A DNA stretch of 64,000 nucleotides from Myxococcota bacterium (GTDB lineage Bacteria > Myxococcota_A > UBA9160 > UBA4427): assembly GCA_965250285.1 (NCBI GenBank), contig OZ252299.1:5888001-5952000 (forward strand). The letters are read 5' to 3'. Positions 1 through 10,050 of the stretch are shown here, piece after piece (positions within the stretch are counted from its first letter, which is position 1; every line of letters begins with the position of its first letter). Below the pieces are notes generated by a model. That model was not told the DNA's origin, did no database searches, and saw only the letters and a program-made list of their open reading frames with translations. A program made the position numbers and the translations under genes.

Positions 1-457
1 CCCGCTTTGCCCGTGCGACCGCTTCGGCGAAACGCTCACTTGGCCCCGTGTTTCCGTCGAGATTGTCCGCCGACAGGTGGAACGTGTGGCCGCAGGCCTC
101 ACTCAGGATCCACTCGAGCGCCTGAGGTCTCGCCTCGACCTGCTCGAAAGCCTGCTGCTGATCGAAGCTGCGTCCGTCGGGGTGATACCAGTAGCCGTAG
201 TCGTCGAGCGCCCGCCGCGCGGCACCTGCGAGGCACCAGTGCGCGATCTCGTGGAGCGCACTCGCGAAGTAATCCTCGCGGTACACGATGCGATGGGGCT
301 TCGACTCGGGTGCGTCGCTCGCGATGTAGAGGGGCTCGTCGCCGCCGCCCTCGATCGTCGTCGAGAACTCCCGCCTGAAGCAGGCGTGAAAGATCGCCTC
401 GAGTCGCTGCAAGCGGGACGCGCCCACGGCTGCATCGTTGGGTTCGGCCGTGCTCAT
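1..457 (-). CDS. epmC: Elongation factor P hydroxylase (EpmC/YfcM), 3' end truncated by the window edge
   Basis: Not in the ORF track. Manual translation from ATG 457 gives ...AIFHACFRREFSTTIEGGGDEPLY...YFASALHEIAHWCLAGAARRALDDYGYWYHPDGR...FEQVEARPQALEW...SADNLDG, matching YfcM motifs (HEIxHWC, D[FY]GYWYxPDGR, PQALEW, SxDNL). Confidence 0.9.
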   Translation of the reverse strand, partial: MSTAEPNDAAVGASRLQRLEAIFHACFRREFSTTIEGGGDEPLYIASDAPESKPHRIVYREDYFASALHEIAHWCLAGAARRALDDYGYWYHPDGRSFDQQQAFEQVEARPQALEWILSEACGHTFHLSADNLDGNTGPSERFAEAVARAKR

Positions 458-549
458 CGCATGTGCACCCGCGCCGTCGTGAGCGCCATCGCCCGTACCG
501 AATTGCGCCTAAATCGACCCATACGGGCTCTCTTCGGCCGGATCGGGAG

Positions 550-565
550 TGGCACGCATGTTGAA
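550..565 (+). promoter_or_regulatory. Putative sigma54 (-24/-12) promoter of the nirB operon
   Basis: TGGCAC-GCATG-TTGAA; GG-N10 spacing is correct but -12 is GA rather than GC; lies just upstream of the ANTAR leader. Confidence 0.55.
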
Positions 566-640
566 AGTCATGGGGTCAGTCTACACCGGAAGCCGGCCTT
601 CGCGCCGTGCCTCCGGCCTCCCGAGTGCCGGCGAACCGGT

Positions 641-770
641 CTCGCAATGATGCGAGCCGCTGAGCGAAGAGCACGGCTGCTCGGGAAGACCCAGCCAGGG
701 TGAGTCGGAGACAAGGGCGTCTCCACCTCGCGATCCGAGCGACGGATCGGCGGAGGGGGGGCGCCTTTTT
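641..770 (+). promoter_or_regulatory. ANTAR (NasT) twin-hairpin antitermination leader with overlapping intrinsic terminator
   Basis: Hairpin 1 CTCGC-AATGAT-GCGAG (641-656) and hairpin 2 GGAGAC-AAGGGC-GTCTCC (707-724) both have A1/G4 hexaloops; 713-729 can alternatively pair with 752-768, ending in a T-run. Confidence 0.85.
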
Positions 771-871
771 CATTCGGGCGACCCGCCTGCGCCCGAGAGC
801 GCGAGCACGAATCGAGCGCGGCCGAGCCGCGGTGAGAGCCAGAGATCAGAAGAAGAGGAAAGAGGAGAGCC

Positions 872-3808
872 ATGCAGGTGGAAGGGCGCGAGCGCATCTT
901 GGTCATCGGTAACGGCATGGTCGGGCAGCGCTTCTGCGAGCGACTGGTCGAGCTGGGCGGTATTGACCGGTTCGAGATCACCGTGCTCGGCGAAGAGCCG
1001 CGACCGGCCTACGACCGCGTGCACCTCTCCGAGTTCTTCGCCGGCCGGTCGGCCGACGAACTCGCGCTCGTCGGCCTCGACTGGTTCGCCGAGCACGGCG
1101 TGAACCTCGAGCTGGGCGCCCGCGCCCAAGCGATCGATCGCGCCGGAAGGAGCGTCACGACGACCGACGGCCGCACCTTCGCGTATGACCAGCTCGTCTT
1201 GGTGACGGGCTCGGCTCCGTTCGTGCCACCCATCGACGGCATCGATCTGCCGGGTGTCTACGTCTATCGCACGATCGAAGACCTCGAGGCCATTCGCGAT
1301 CGCGGCGCGAAGTCGCAGCGCGCGGCCGTCATCGGTGGCGGGTTGCTCGGCCTCGAGGCCGCCAAGGCGCTCGTCGAGATGAAGCTCGAGACCGCCGTCG
1401 TCGAGTTTGCGGATCGCCTGATGCCGCGACAGGTCGACGACGCGGGCGGTGCTCTGCTGCGGGGTGCGATCGAGGATCTCGGCGTGAAGGTGATGCTCGG
1501 TGCACGCACGCAGTCGGTCCTCGGCGACGAAGGCGTGACCGGACTCCGCTTCGACGGCGACGATGATCTGCCCGTCGACATGGTGGTGGTCTCGGCCGGC
1601 ATCCGGCCGCGAGACGAGCTGGCCCGCGACGCGGGCCTCGCCGTCGGCGAACGCGGCGGGATCGTGGTCGACGACCACCTCACGACTTCGGATCCGCACA
1701 TTCACGCGATCGGCGAGTGCGCGCTCTACGAGGGCTTCGTCTACGGCCTCGTGGCCCCGGGCTACGAGATGGCGGCGACGCTCGCGAGCCGACTCTTTGG
1801 CGGCGAAGACACGTTCACCGGCGCCGACATGTCGACCAAGCTCAAGCTGCTCGGCGTCGACGTCGCCTCGTTCGGTGACGCATTTGCCGATGAGGCACAG
1901 GGAGCGACACACATCGAGCCGGTCGTCTTTGAGGATCGGCTGCGCGGGGTGTATCAGAAGCTGCTGGTCGATCGGCACGCTGAGAAGCTCATCGGCGGCA
2001 TCCTCGTCGGTGACAGTGAGCCCTACGCCGTGCTCGCCGATGCGACGCGCCGCGGGCGCGATCTGCCCGATCGCCTCGAGAGCTGGCTCTTTGCCGGCGT
2101 CGCAGGAGATGACGGCGGTGGCATGCTCGACGACGACGGGGCGCAGGTCTGCTCGTGCAACGACGTCACGGTGGGGGCCGTGCGCGAGTCGGTTTCGGCG
2201 GGCGGTTGTCAGACGGTCGGCGAGATCAAGACGTGCACGAAGGCCGGGACCGGCTGCGGGGGATGTCTGCCGCAGCTGACGAAGATCCTCGCCGACGAGC
2301 TCGAGAAGTCGGGGCTCGAGGTGAGCCAGTCGATCTGCGAGCACTTCGACTATACGCGGCAAGAGCTCTACTGGATCGTGAAGCTCGGCCGGATCGAGAC
2401 GTTCGATGCCCTGCTCGCGAGTCACGGCCAGGGGGACGGCTGCGAGGTGTGTCGCCCGGCGGTCGCGTCGATCCTCGCAACGACCTGGAACGATCTGGTG
2501 CTCAACCACGCGTCGATTCAGGATACGAACGACCGATTCCTGGCCAACATCCAGCGCGGCGGTACCTACTCGGTGGTGCCGCGGGTGCCGGGCGGCGAGA
2601 TCACGCCCGAGAAACTCATCGTGCTCGGCGAGGTCGCCAAGAAGTACGACCTCTACTGCAAGATCACCGGCGGGCAGCGCATCGACCTGCTGGGCGCCCG
2701 CGTCGAGCAGCTGCCCGACATCTGGAAGGAGCTCGTCGAGGCCGGGTTCGAGAGTGGCCATGCCTACGGCAAGGCGATGCGCACCGTGAAGAGCTGCGTT
2801 GGATCGACCTGGTGCCGCTACGGCGTGCAGGATTCGGTGGGCATGTCGATCCGGATCGAAGAGCGCTACCGCGGCCTGCGCGCGCCCCACAAGCTGAAGA
2901 GCGCGGTTTCGGGATGCATTCGCGAGTGCGCCGAAGCCCAGAGCAAGGATTTCGGCGTCATCGCCACCGAGCAGGGCTGGAACCTGTACCTGTGCGGCAA
3001 CGGTGGCTCGAGCCCCCGCCACGCCGATCTGTTCGCCACCGACCTTTCCGATGACGAGCTGATCGCGCTCTGCGACCGGTTCCTGATGTTCTACATCCAG
3101 ACGGCGAAGCCGCTGCAGCGGACGGCGCGCTGGATCGAGGAGCTCGACGGGGGCATCGAGTATCTGAAGCAGGTCATCGTCGACGACGTGCTCGGCATCT
3201 GCGCGCAGCTCGAAGAAGACATGCAGCGACTCGTCGACACGTACGCATGTGAGTGGAAGGCGGTTGTCGACGACCCCGAGCGCCAGAAGGAGTTCCGGCA
3301 CTTCGTCGAGAGCCGGCTGCCCGATCGTGAGCTCGCATTCGTGCAGGAGCGCGGCCAGAAGCGACCGGTCGACTGGCCGGCTGTCGCCGAGGCCGAGCTT
3401 GCAGCGCGCACGGACACCCCGACCGAGGAGACCGCGGGCTGGGTTCGCGTCGCGAAGGTCGGCGATGTACCGCAGGACGGCGGTCGCGCCTTCGACCATG
3501 GCGGCGCGCAGATCGCAATCTTCCACTTCGCGCGCCGCGGCGAGTGGTACGCCAGTCAGAACGCGTGCCCGCACCGCAAGGACATGGTGCTGTCGCGCGG
3601 GCTGCTCGGGACCGACGGTGACGAGCCGAAGGTCGCGTGCCCGATGCACAAGAAGACGTTCTCGCTGCGCACCGGCAAGGGCTTGAACGATCCCTCCTTC
3701 GCTATGGAGACCTTCCCGGTCGAAGTGCGCGGTGATGACGTGTGGGTCAAGCTGCCGCCCTCGTCGACGCTCAAGCAGCGTCTCGGCTGCGCGGGGTCGT
3801 GCGGGTGA
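872..3808 (+). CDS. nirB: Assimilatory NADH-nitrite reductase large subunit with fused C-terminal NirD Rieske domain
   Basis: GNGMVG FAD motif, GGGLLGLEAA, BFD 2Fe-2S cysteines (CSCNDV, GCGGC), TVKSCVGSTWCRYG and SGCIRECAEA siroheme/4Fe-4S motifs; C-terminal CPH...CPMH Rieske domain. Confidence 0.97.
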   Translation: MQVEGRERILVIGNGMVGQRFCERLVELGGIDRFEITVLGEEPRPAYDRVHLSEFFAGRSADELALVGLDWFAEHGVNLELGARAQAIDRAGRSVTTTDGRTFAYDQLVLVTGSAPFVPPIDGIDLPGVYVYRTIEDLEAIRDRGAKSQRAAVIGGGLLGLEAAKALVEMKLETAVVEFADRLMPRQVDDAGGALLRGAIEDLGVKVMLGARTQSVLGDEGVTGLRFDGDDDLPVDMVVVSAGIRPRDELARDAGLAVGERGGIVVDDHLTTSDPHIHAIGECALYEGFVYGLVAPGYEMAATLASRLFGGEDTFTGADMSTKLKLLGVDVASFGDAFADEAQGATHIEPVVFEDRLRGVYQKLLVDRHAEKLIGGILVGDSEPYAVLADATRRGRDLPDRLESWLFAGVAGDDGGGMLDDDGAQVCSCNDVTVGAVRESVSAGGCQTVGEIKTCTKAGTGCGGCLPQLTKILADELEKSGLEVSQSICEHFDYTRQELYWIVKLGRIETFDALLASHGQGDGCEVCRPAVASILATTWNDLVLNHASIQDTNDRFLANIQRGGTYSVVPRVPGGEITPEKLIVLGEVAKKYDLYCKITGGQRIDLLGARVEQLPDIWKELVEAGFESGHAYGKAMRTVKSCVGSTWCRYGVQDSVGMSIRIEERYRGLRAPHKLKSAVSGCIRECAEAQSKDFGVIATEQGWNLYLCGNGGSSPRHADLFATDLSDDELIALCDRFLMFYIQTAKPLQRTARWIEELDGGIEYLKQVIVDDVLGICAQLEEDMQRLVDTYACEWKAVVDDPERQKEFRHFVESRLPDRELAFVQERGQKRPVDWPAVAEAELAARTDTPTEETAGWVRVAKVGDVPQDGGRAFDHGGAQIAIFHFARRGEWYASQNACPHRKDMVLSRGLLGTDGDEPKVACPMHKKTFSLRTGKGLNDPSFAMETFPVEVRGDDVWVKLPPSSTLKQRLGCAGSCG

Positions 3809-5469
3809 GCGCAGCCATCCGAGACGACGTCGAAGGCGGGCTGTCGCTCGTCGACCTGCTCCTGCAGGAGCAGTCCGACCTCTCAGCGGTCGAGCGCTTT
3901 GCGCTGCGCGAGGTCGATGCGCAGGCCCCGGCGATGGAGCCCTTCTATGAAGAGCTGATCCCGTCGGGCCTGCCCGGTGTCGGTGAGCAGTATGCGTTTC
4001 GCGTCGACCTCGACAGCTGTACCGGATGCAAGGCGTGCGTGACGGCCTGCCATAGCCTGAACGGGCTGGATGAGGGAGAGACCTGGCGGCGGGTCGGTCT
4101 GCTCGTCGGCGTCGAGCAAGGCGAGGCGGTGCAGCAGACGGTGACGGGCGCTTGTCACCACTGCGAGGATCCGGGCTGCATGTCGGGCTGCCCGGTGCAG
4201 GCGTACGAGAAGGATGAGGTCACGGGCATCGTCCGTCACCTCGACGATCAGTGCATCGGCTGCAAGTACTGCACGCTCACCTGTCCCTATGACGTGCCGC
4301 AGTACAACGAGCGACTCGGCATCGTGCGCAAGTGCGACATGTGTACGGGTCGGCTCTCGGAGGGCGAGGCGCCGGCGTGTGTGCAGGGCTGTCCGAACGG
4401 CGCGATCTCGATTGCGATCGTGCCCCAGGGTGGCGCGGCGGCCGCCGAGCGCGAGCTGCTCCCGAGCACCGGTAGCGAGCTCGTGCCGACGTCGATCACG
4501 CGGCCGAGCACGCAGTACGTTCATCAAGTGGAGCCGACCGCGGGACCGCGCGAGCTGCTGGCCGCCGACCGGGACGTCGTCGAGCCGAATCACGCGCACT
4601 GGCCGCTGGCGGTCCTGCTGGTGTTCGTGCAGACCTCGCTCGGCTTGACGGCCGTAGATTGCATCATGCGGCTCTTCGGCGTGGGGGGCCTCGCGCCCGC
4701 GGCCTGGACCCTCGCAGCGATCGGGGCCGCCGCAGCCGGTCAGGCGGCTGCCTTCCTTCACATCGGTCGCCCGCTCTACGCGTGGCGCGCCGTGCTCGGT
4801 TTGCGCACGTCATGGATGAGCCGCGAGATCGTCGCGCTCGGGCTCTATCTCGGCGCGCTCACGCTGCACTTCGCGGTCGCGACCGTGGCCCCGACCTTCG
4901 CGCCCGATCTCGCCGCGTCGCTGCCGATCGGTGCAGGCGTGACGAGCTTGCTCGCGGTCGCTGCGGGTGCGCTGGGGGTGACGACCTCGGTGATGATCTA
5001 CGTCGTCACGGGCCGCCCGCTCTGGTCGCTGAAGCGCACCGCGCTGCGATTCGCGAGCACGGCGTGGATCCTCGGCACGGCGGGGGGGGCTGCCATCGCG
5101 CTGATCACCGGCGCGCCTCTCGTGGTCTCGCTCGGCCTGTCGAGCGCCGGTGCGCTCGCCTTGGCGGCCAAGCTGCTCATCGAGGCGCGCGTGCGCGACA
5201 CCGACGTTTCATCGGATCGGACGGCGCTCGTGCGCAGCGCGCGACTCGAGCTCGGCGTGCTGGCCCCGCGCGTGCGAATGCGCACGATCCTGGCCGTCGC
5301 GGGTTTTGCCGCGCTGCTCTTGGCGACGTTCGTGAGCGCCGCGGGCGCGCCCGTCGCGCTCGTGGGCGTCGTTGCGCTCGTGGGAGCGGGCGCCTGCTTC
5401 GGGGGCGAGCTCGCCGAGCGACATCTGTTCTTTGCGGCTGAAGCGTCGCGCGGCATGCCGGGCGCATGA
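3805..5469 (+). CDS. DmsB-like 4Fe-4S dicluster domain fused to a DmsC/YnfH-type membrane anchor
   Basis: GTG start overlaps the nirB stop (GTGA). Motifs [38 protein letters not shown]...PACVQGCP, then HWPL, HIGRP, SWMSRE, about 8 TM helices and [10 protein letters not shown]. Confidence 0.9.
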   Translation: MSAAIRDDVEGGLSLVDLLLQEQSDLSAVERFALREVDAQAPAMEPFYEELIPSGLPGVGEQYAFRVDLDSCTGCKACVTACHSLNGLDEGETWRRVGLLVGVEQGEAVQQTVTGACHHCEDPGCMSGCPVQAYEKDEVTGIVRHLDDQCIGCKYCTLTCPYDVPQYNERLGIVRKCDMCTGRLSEGEAPACVQGCPNGAISIAIVPQGGAAAAERELLPSTGSELVPTSITRPSTQYVHQVEPTAGPRELLAADRDVVEPNHAHWPLAVLLVFVQTSLGLTAVDCIMRLFGVGGLAPAAWTLAAIGAAAAGQAAAFLHIGRPLYAWRAVLGLRTSWMSREIVALGLYLGALTLHFAVATVAPTFAPDLAASLPIGAGVTSLLAVAAGALGVTTSVMIYVVTGRPLWSLKRTALRFASTAWILGTAGGAAIALITGAPLVVSLGLSSAGALALAAKLLIEARVRDTDVSSDRTALVRSARLELGVLAPRVRMRTILAVAGFAALLLATFVSAAGAPVALVGVVALVGAGACFGGELAERHLFFAAEASRGMPGA

Positions 5470-5494
5470 GCGCGGGCACGAAGGAAAGGGCCGA

Positions 5495-7726
5495 ATGAGC
5501 ACGAAGAAGGCAGAACCGGTGAGCGAGGGCTGGCGCGCTCGGGTCGAATCACTGATCCGTGCGCAGGACGGGCCCTTGACCCGCGAGCTGCTGCGTGAGC
5601 CCGGCCGCTTCGGCCTCGGTCAGGTGCCCGAGAAGCGGGCGCCCGACGCAGCGACGACGGTCGTCTGTGGGTTCTGCGCGACTGGCTGTGGTCTGGTTGC
5701 GCATCTGCGAGAGGGCGAGGCGACGAACCTCTCACCTGCGGTGCAATACCCGGTCAACATCGGCATGGCGTGTCCGAAGGGCTGGGAGGCGCTGCGCGTG
5801 CTCGACGCCGACGACCGCGCCACGACGCCCCTCGTGCGCAACGATGCCGGCGAGCTCGTGCCGGTCGACTGGGCCACCGCGCTCGAGACGTTCGTCGACG
5901 GGTTCAAGCGCGTTCAGGCCGAGCACGGCGGCGATGCCTGCGCGTTCCTCGGCACGGGCCAGATCACGAGCGAAGAGCTCGCTTTTCTCGGTGCGCTCGG
6001 TCGTTTCGGCATGGGCTTCGCGCACGGCGACGGCAATACGCGTCAGTGCATGGCGACCGCCGTGACCGCGTACAAGGAGTCGTTCGGCTTCGACGCGCCG
6101 CCGTACAGCTACGACGACTTCGAGGAGTCGGACGTCATCGTTCTGGTGGGTTCGAACCTGTGCATCGCACACCCGATCATGTGGGAGCGTGTTTGCCGCA
6201 ACCCCCACGATCCGAAGATCGTCGTCGTCGACCCGCGACGCACCGAGACGGCGATGGCGGCGACCCATCACTACGCGATCGCGCCAAAGAGCGATCTCGA
6301 CTTCTTCTACGGGGTGGCCCACGAGCTGATTCGAAACGGCTGGATCGATCGCGAGTTCGTCGACGCGCACACCGAAGGCTTCGAGGCCTTCGAGGCCCAT
6401 GTCGCCGACTATGCGCCCGAGGTCGTGGCAGAGCGGGCCGGCGTGTCGGCCGACGCGATCCGAGAGTTGGCCCAGCTGATTCATGCCGGCAAGCGGGTCT
6501 CGTTCTGGTGGACGATGGGCGTGAACCAGGGACATCAAGCCGTGCGTGTCGCGCAGTCGATCATCGATCTCGCCCTGATGACCGGCCACATCGGACGCCC
6601 GGGGACCGGTGCGAACTCAATCACCGGTCAGTGCAACGCGATGGGCTCGCGCATGTTCAGCGCGACGAGCAGCCTCTACTGTGGTCGCCACTTCGGTGAC
6701 GAGAGCGATCGCCGTGAGGTCGCCGACATCCTCGACATTCCGGTCGAGTCGATCCCTTCGGAGGGAGGGCTCACGTACGACGAGGTGGTCGACGGGATTC
6801 ATGCAGGCCGGATCAAGGGTCTCTGGGTCGTTGCGACCAACGGCGCGCACACGTGGATCCATCAGAATGGCTTCAAGGAGGCGGTCGAGAAGCTCGACTT
6901 CCTGGTTGTGCAGGACATGTACTCGAGCACCGAGACCGCCGAGCTCGCCGATCTCGTCCTGCCTGCCGCGGGATGGGGCGAAAAAGATGGCACGTTCATC
7001 AACAGTGAACGGCGCATCGGCCTGATCAAGAAGGTGCGCCGGGCCCCCGGGCAGGCCCTCGCCGACTTTCAGATCTTTCGGCTCATCGCCGACGCCTGGG
7101 GATGTGGTGCGCTCTTCGACCGATGGAAGTCGCCCGAAGACGTCTTCGGCTTGCTGCGGTCTCTCACGCGCGGCCGCCCGAACGACATGTCGGGGATCGA
7201 CGGCTACTCGACGATCGACCAGGCCGGTGGGATTCAGTGGCCCCTGCGCGCCGGTGAGGCCGTGCCCGACACGGGGCGCCGGCTCTTCGAGGACGGCCAG
7301 TTCTATCGAGAAGGGGGGCGCGCCCGGTTCGTGTTCGAGGCGCCGATCGCGCCGCCCGAGCCGGTCGACGACGACTACCCGTTCGTGCTGCTCAGCGGCC
7401 GCGGCGCCTCGAGCCAGTGGCACACCGAGACGCGCACCGCGAAGTCACCCGTGCTGCGAAAGCTCCACCGGACCGAGCCCTACGTCGAGATCGCGCCCGA
7501 CGACGCGGCGCGTCTGGGCATCGACGACGAAATGGTGGTGGTGATTCGCTCCCGCCGTGGCTCGATGCAAGCGACCGCCGTGGTGCGGCCGACGGTGGCT
7601 CCGGGCCAGGTCTTCGTGCCCATGCACTACGCCGAGACCAATCGGCTCACGTACCCGTGCGTCGACCCGCACTCGCGTCAGCCCTCGTACAAGCACTGTG
7701 CGGTGCTCATCGAGCGAGCACCGTAG
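5495..7726 (+). CDS. Molybdopterin nitrate reductase catalytic subunit (NasA/NarB-like, cytoplasmic)
   Basis: CGFCATGC...CPKG 4Fe-4S motif, [52 protein letters not shown]; operon context. Confidence 0.9.
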   Translation: MSTKKAEPVSEGWRARVESLIRAQDGPLTRELLREPGRFGLGQVPEKRAPDAATTVVCGFCATGCGLVAHLREGEATNLSPAVQYPVNIGMACPKGWEALRVLDADDRATTPLVRNDAGELVPVDWATALETFVDGFKRVQAEHGGDACAFLGTGQITSEELAFLGALGRFGMGFAHGDGNTRQCMATAVTAYKESFGFDAPPYSYDDFEESDVIVLVGSNLCIAHPIMWERVCRNPHDPKIVVVDPRRTETAMAATHHYAIAPKSDLDFFYGVAHELIRNGWIDREFVDAHTEGFEAFEAHVADYAPEVVAERAGVSADAIRELAQLIHAGKRVSFWWTMGVNQGHQAVRVAQSIIDLALMTGHIGRPGTGANSITGQCNAMGSRMFSATSSLYCGRHFGDESDRREVADILDIPVESIPSEGGLTYDEVVDGIHAGRIKGLWVVATNGAHTWIHQNGFKEAVEKLDFLVVQDMYSSTETAELADLVLPAAGWGEKDGTFINSERRIGLIKKVRRAPGQALADFQIFRLIADAWGCGALFDRWKSPEDVFGLLRSLTRGRPNDMSGIDGYSTIDQAGGIQWPLRAGEAVPDTGRRLFEDGQFYREGGRARFVFEAPIAPPEPVDDDYPFVLLSGRGASSQWHTETRTAKSPVLRKLHRTEPYVEIAPDDAARLGIDDEMVVVIRSRRGSMQATAVVRPTVAPGQVFVPMHYAETNRLTYPCVDPHSRQPSYKHCAVLIERAP

Positions 7727-7800
7727 ATAAGAGGTGTGTGCAACAAATGCGATCTGGGCTGAGGGTGGCACGAAGTCCTGCGGATCGATTGCGCAAGAGT

Positions 7801-7816
7801 TGGAACGAACCTTGCT
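7801..7816 (+). promoter_or_regulatory. Putative sigma54 promoter of nasT-nasS
   Basis: TGGAAC-GAACC-TTGCT with exact GG-N10-GC spacing. Confidence 0.7.
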
Positions 7817-7888
7817 CTTCTCTTGAGGCAAGAACCCATCACTCGGGCAGGTCGTCGCTCGGGTGGGCCGGGATCGTCGAGGGAGACG

Positions 7889-8470
7889 GTGGAAGAGAAG
7901 CTGCGCGTCATGCTGATCGATGCCCGCAAGGCGCGATCGGACGAGCTCACGCTCGGGCTCGAGGAGGCCGGGTGCCACGTCGTGCATCGCTCGACCCCCG
8001 CGTCGGATCTCGAGCACGCGGTCGCCGAGTGTGCGCCCGAGGTGATCATCATCGACCTCGATAGCCCCGACCGCGACACCCTCGAAGGCATGTGTCGCCT
8101 GGGGGGCGACCAGCCGCGGCCGATCGTGATGTTCATGGATGACACCGATCGCGACTCGATCCGCAGCGCGGTGCATGCAGGCGTGGCCGCCTATGTCGTC
8201 AAGGGGTCTTCTCCCGACCGCGTGCGGCCCGTGCTCGATGTGGCCATCGAGCGCTTCCGGCGCCATGAATCGCTCAAGGCCGAGCTGCGCGAGATGAAGT
8301 CGACGCTCGACGAGCGAAAGCTGGTCGAACGAGCCAAGGGCATCTTGATGGAGAAGCGAGGTGTCACCGAGAACGAGGCATACAAGACGCTGCGTACGAT
8401 GGCGATGAGCCGCAGCGTGAAGATTCAGGAGGTCGCCCGCCGTGTGATCGACATGGCCGACCTGCTCTGA
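7889..8470 (+). CDS. nasT: ANTAR-domain response regulator (NasT)
   Basis: REC-like domain (SPDRDTLE, AGVAAYVV) plus ANTAR (ERKLVERAKGILM...EAYKTLRTMAM); GTG start after GGAGA. Confidence 0.92.
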   Translation: MEEKLRVMLIDARKARSDELTLGLEEAGCHVVHRSTPASDLEHAVAECAPEVIIIDLDSPDRDTLEGMCRLGGDQPRPIVMFMDDTDRDSIRSAVHAGVAAYVVKGSSPDRVRPVLDVAIERFRRHESLKAELREMKSTLDERKLVERAKGILMEKRGVTENEAYKTLRTMAMSRSVKIQEVARRVIDMADLL

Positions 8471-8558
8471 GCGAAGAGCTGATCGACGGGCAGATCGAAG
8501 AGCAGCCGAACGAACGAAGCATCCGCCGCAGGGGGCGGAGGGACGGAGCGCAGGGGCA

Positions 8559-9881
8559 ATGGCAGAAGGCATCGGGGGCCAAGAAGACAGTGTCGGCGAG
8601 CAGGCTGCGCACGGCCTCGAACGGCCCGAGCTCACCTTCGGGTTCATTGCGCTCACCGACTGCGCACCGCTGGTCATCGCGAAGGAGCGAGGCTTCTTCA
8701 GGAAGCACGGCCTGACGGTCAAGCTCGAACGCCAGGCATCGTGGGCCAATGTGCGCGACAAGGTCTGTCACGGTTTGCTGGACGGGGCGCAGATGCTCGC
8801 CCCGATGCCACTTGCATCGACCCTCGGCCTCTCGGGCATGTCGACGCCGATGGTCGTCCCCATCGGGCTCAGCCTCGGCGGCAATGCGATCACCGTATCC
8901 CGCGAGCTTCGCGCGCAGATGACCGACGTTTCGCCGGAGGGTGCGGCCGATCCGCGGCAGGCGGCGGGCGTGTTGCGCGAGGTGATCCGTGCCCGCCGCG
9001 ACGCGGGCTCCCCGCCGCTTCGCTTCGCAGCGGTGCATCCCCATTCGTCGCACTACTACCAGCTCTGCCATTGGATGGGCATGGCTGGGATCGATCCGCA
9101 CCGTGACGTCTCGCTGTCGATCGTGCCGCCGCCCTCGATGGTGCGCGCGCTCACCTCGGGCAAGATCGACGGCTACGCAGTGGGCGAGCCGTGGAGCCAG
9201 CAGGCCGCCGATCTCGGTGTCGGGTTTCCGATCGTGACCTCCGACGAGATCTGGGCCAGCGCGCTCGAGAAGGTGTTCGCCGTGACGGCCGAGTGGGCCG
9301 AGCGCCATCCGGCGACGCTACGAGCCGTGGTGCGAGCACTGCTCGAGGCGGCGGCGTGGGTCGACGACCCGGCACACCGACTCGAAACGGTGCACGTGGT
9401 CGCAAGCGAGAGCTACGTCGACGCCCCGGTCGAGACGGTGAGCCCGTCGATGGTCGATCGCGCGCCCGACGAGCCGGTGGGCGGACCTCGCACGCGGCAT
9501 GCCTTTCACCGCCATGCGGCGAACCATCCATGGGTGTCGCACGGGCTCTGGTACCTGATTCAGATGGTGCGTTGGGGCCAGGTCGAGAAGCCGATCGCGT
9601 TGCGCGAGACGGCGGAGCAGGTCTTTCGCCCCGACCTGCATCGCGACGCGGCCGAAGAGCTCGGCTGGCCCTTCCCGGAGATGTCCGAGAAGAGTGAGGG
9701 CTTGCACGACGCAGAGTGGTGGCTCGACGATGACGAGAAGTCGATTCGCATGGGCCCGGACCGCTTCATGGACGGGCACGTGTTTCGGCCCGAAGAGCCG
9801 ATCGCGTATCTCGAGGGCTTCGAGGTCTCCGACCTGCGGGTGCGACTCGACGATCTCGCCCTCCTGAATGGACCGTCATGA
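8559..9881 (+). CDS. nasS: Cytoplasmic nitrate-sensing NrtA-like protein (NasS)
   Basis: [28 protein letters not shown]; no signal peptide; directly after nasT. Confidence 0.85.
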   Translation: MAEGIGGQEDSVGEQAAHGLERPELTFGFIALTDCAPLVIAKERGFFRKHGLTVKLERQASWANVRDKVCHGLLDGAQMLAPMPLASTLGLSGMSTPMVVPIGLSLGGNAITVSRELRAQMTDVSPEGAADPRQAAGVLREVIRARRDAGSPPLRFAAVHPHSSHYYQLCHWMGMAGIDPHRDVSLSIVPPPSMVRALTSGKIDGYAVGEPWSQQAADLGVGFPIVTSDEIWASALEKVFAVTAEWAERHPATLRAVVRALLEAAAWVDDPAHRLETVHVVASESYVDAPVETVSPSMVDRAPDEPVGGPRTRHAFHRHAANHPWVSHGLWYLIQMVRWGQVEKPIALRETAEQVFRPDLHRDAAEELGWPFPEMSEKSEGLHDAEWWLDDDEKSIRMGPDRFMDGHVFRPEEPIAYLEGFEVSDLRVRLDDLALLNGPS

Positions 9882-9953
9882 AGGTCGGGGCTCGAAACAT
9901 TGGAGGGGCCGTGCCCGGATCGACGGCGGCGGTGGCTTGGAGCGACCGTTCGA

Positions 9954-9991
9954 TGCCCGCCGGTTGGGCTTGTCCGCCCCTGTCGTGGGCA
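9954..9991 (+). promoter_or_regulatory. Tandem NtrC-like enhancer sites
   Basis: TGCCC-N7-GGGCT (9954-9970) and CGCCC-N7-GGGCA (9975-9991), 21 bp apart, upstream of a sigma54-like site. Confidence 0.5.
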
Positions 9992-10050
9992 TGCGGGCGA
10001 GAACTGGCACGGTCTGCGCCGGCGAGGGAGACGTGAGACGCATTCGTGCT

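Noticed and set aside
77..703. 208-aa plus-strand ORF
   Set aside because: Antisense shadow of epmC that also runs over the nirB promoter and leader.
770..3649. Long antisense or alternate-frame ORFs (e.g. 770-3649, 10408-12087, 22283-24823, 24804-28808, 56491-58779)
   Set aside because: Shadows of well-supported genes on the opposite strand, expected in high-GC DNA; no recognisable motifs.
7766..7781. TGGCACGAAGTCCTGC as a sigma54 promoter
   Set aside because: GG-to-GC spacing is 11 rather than 10; the site at 7801 fits exactly.
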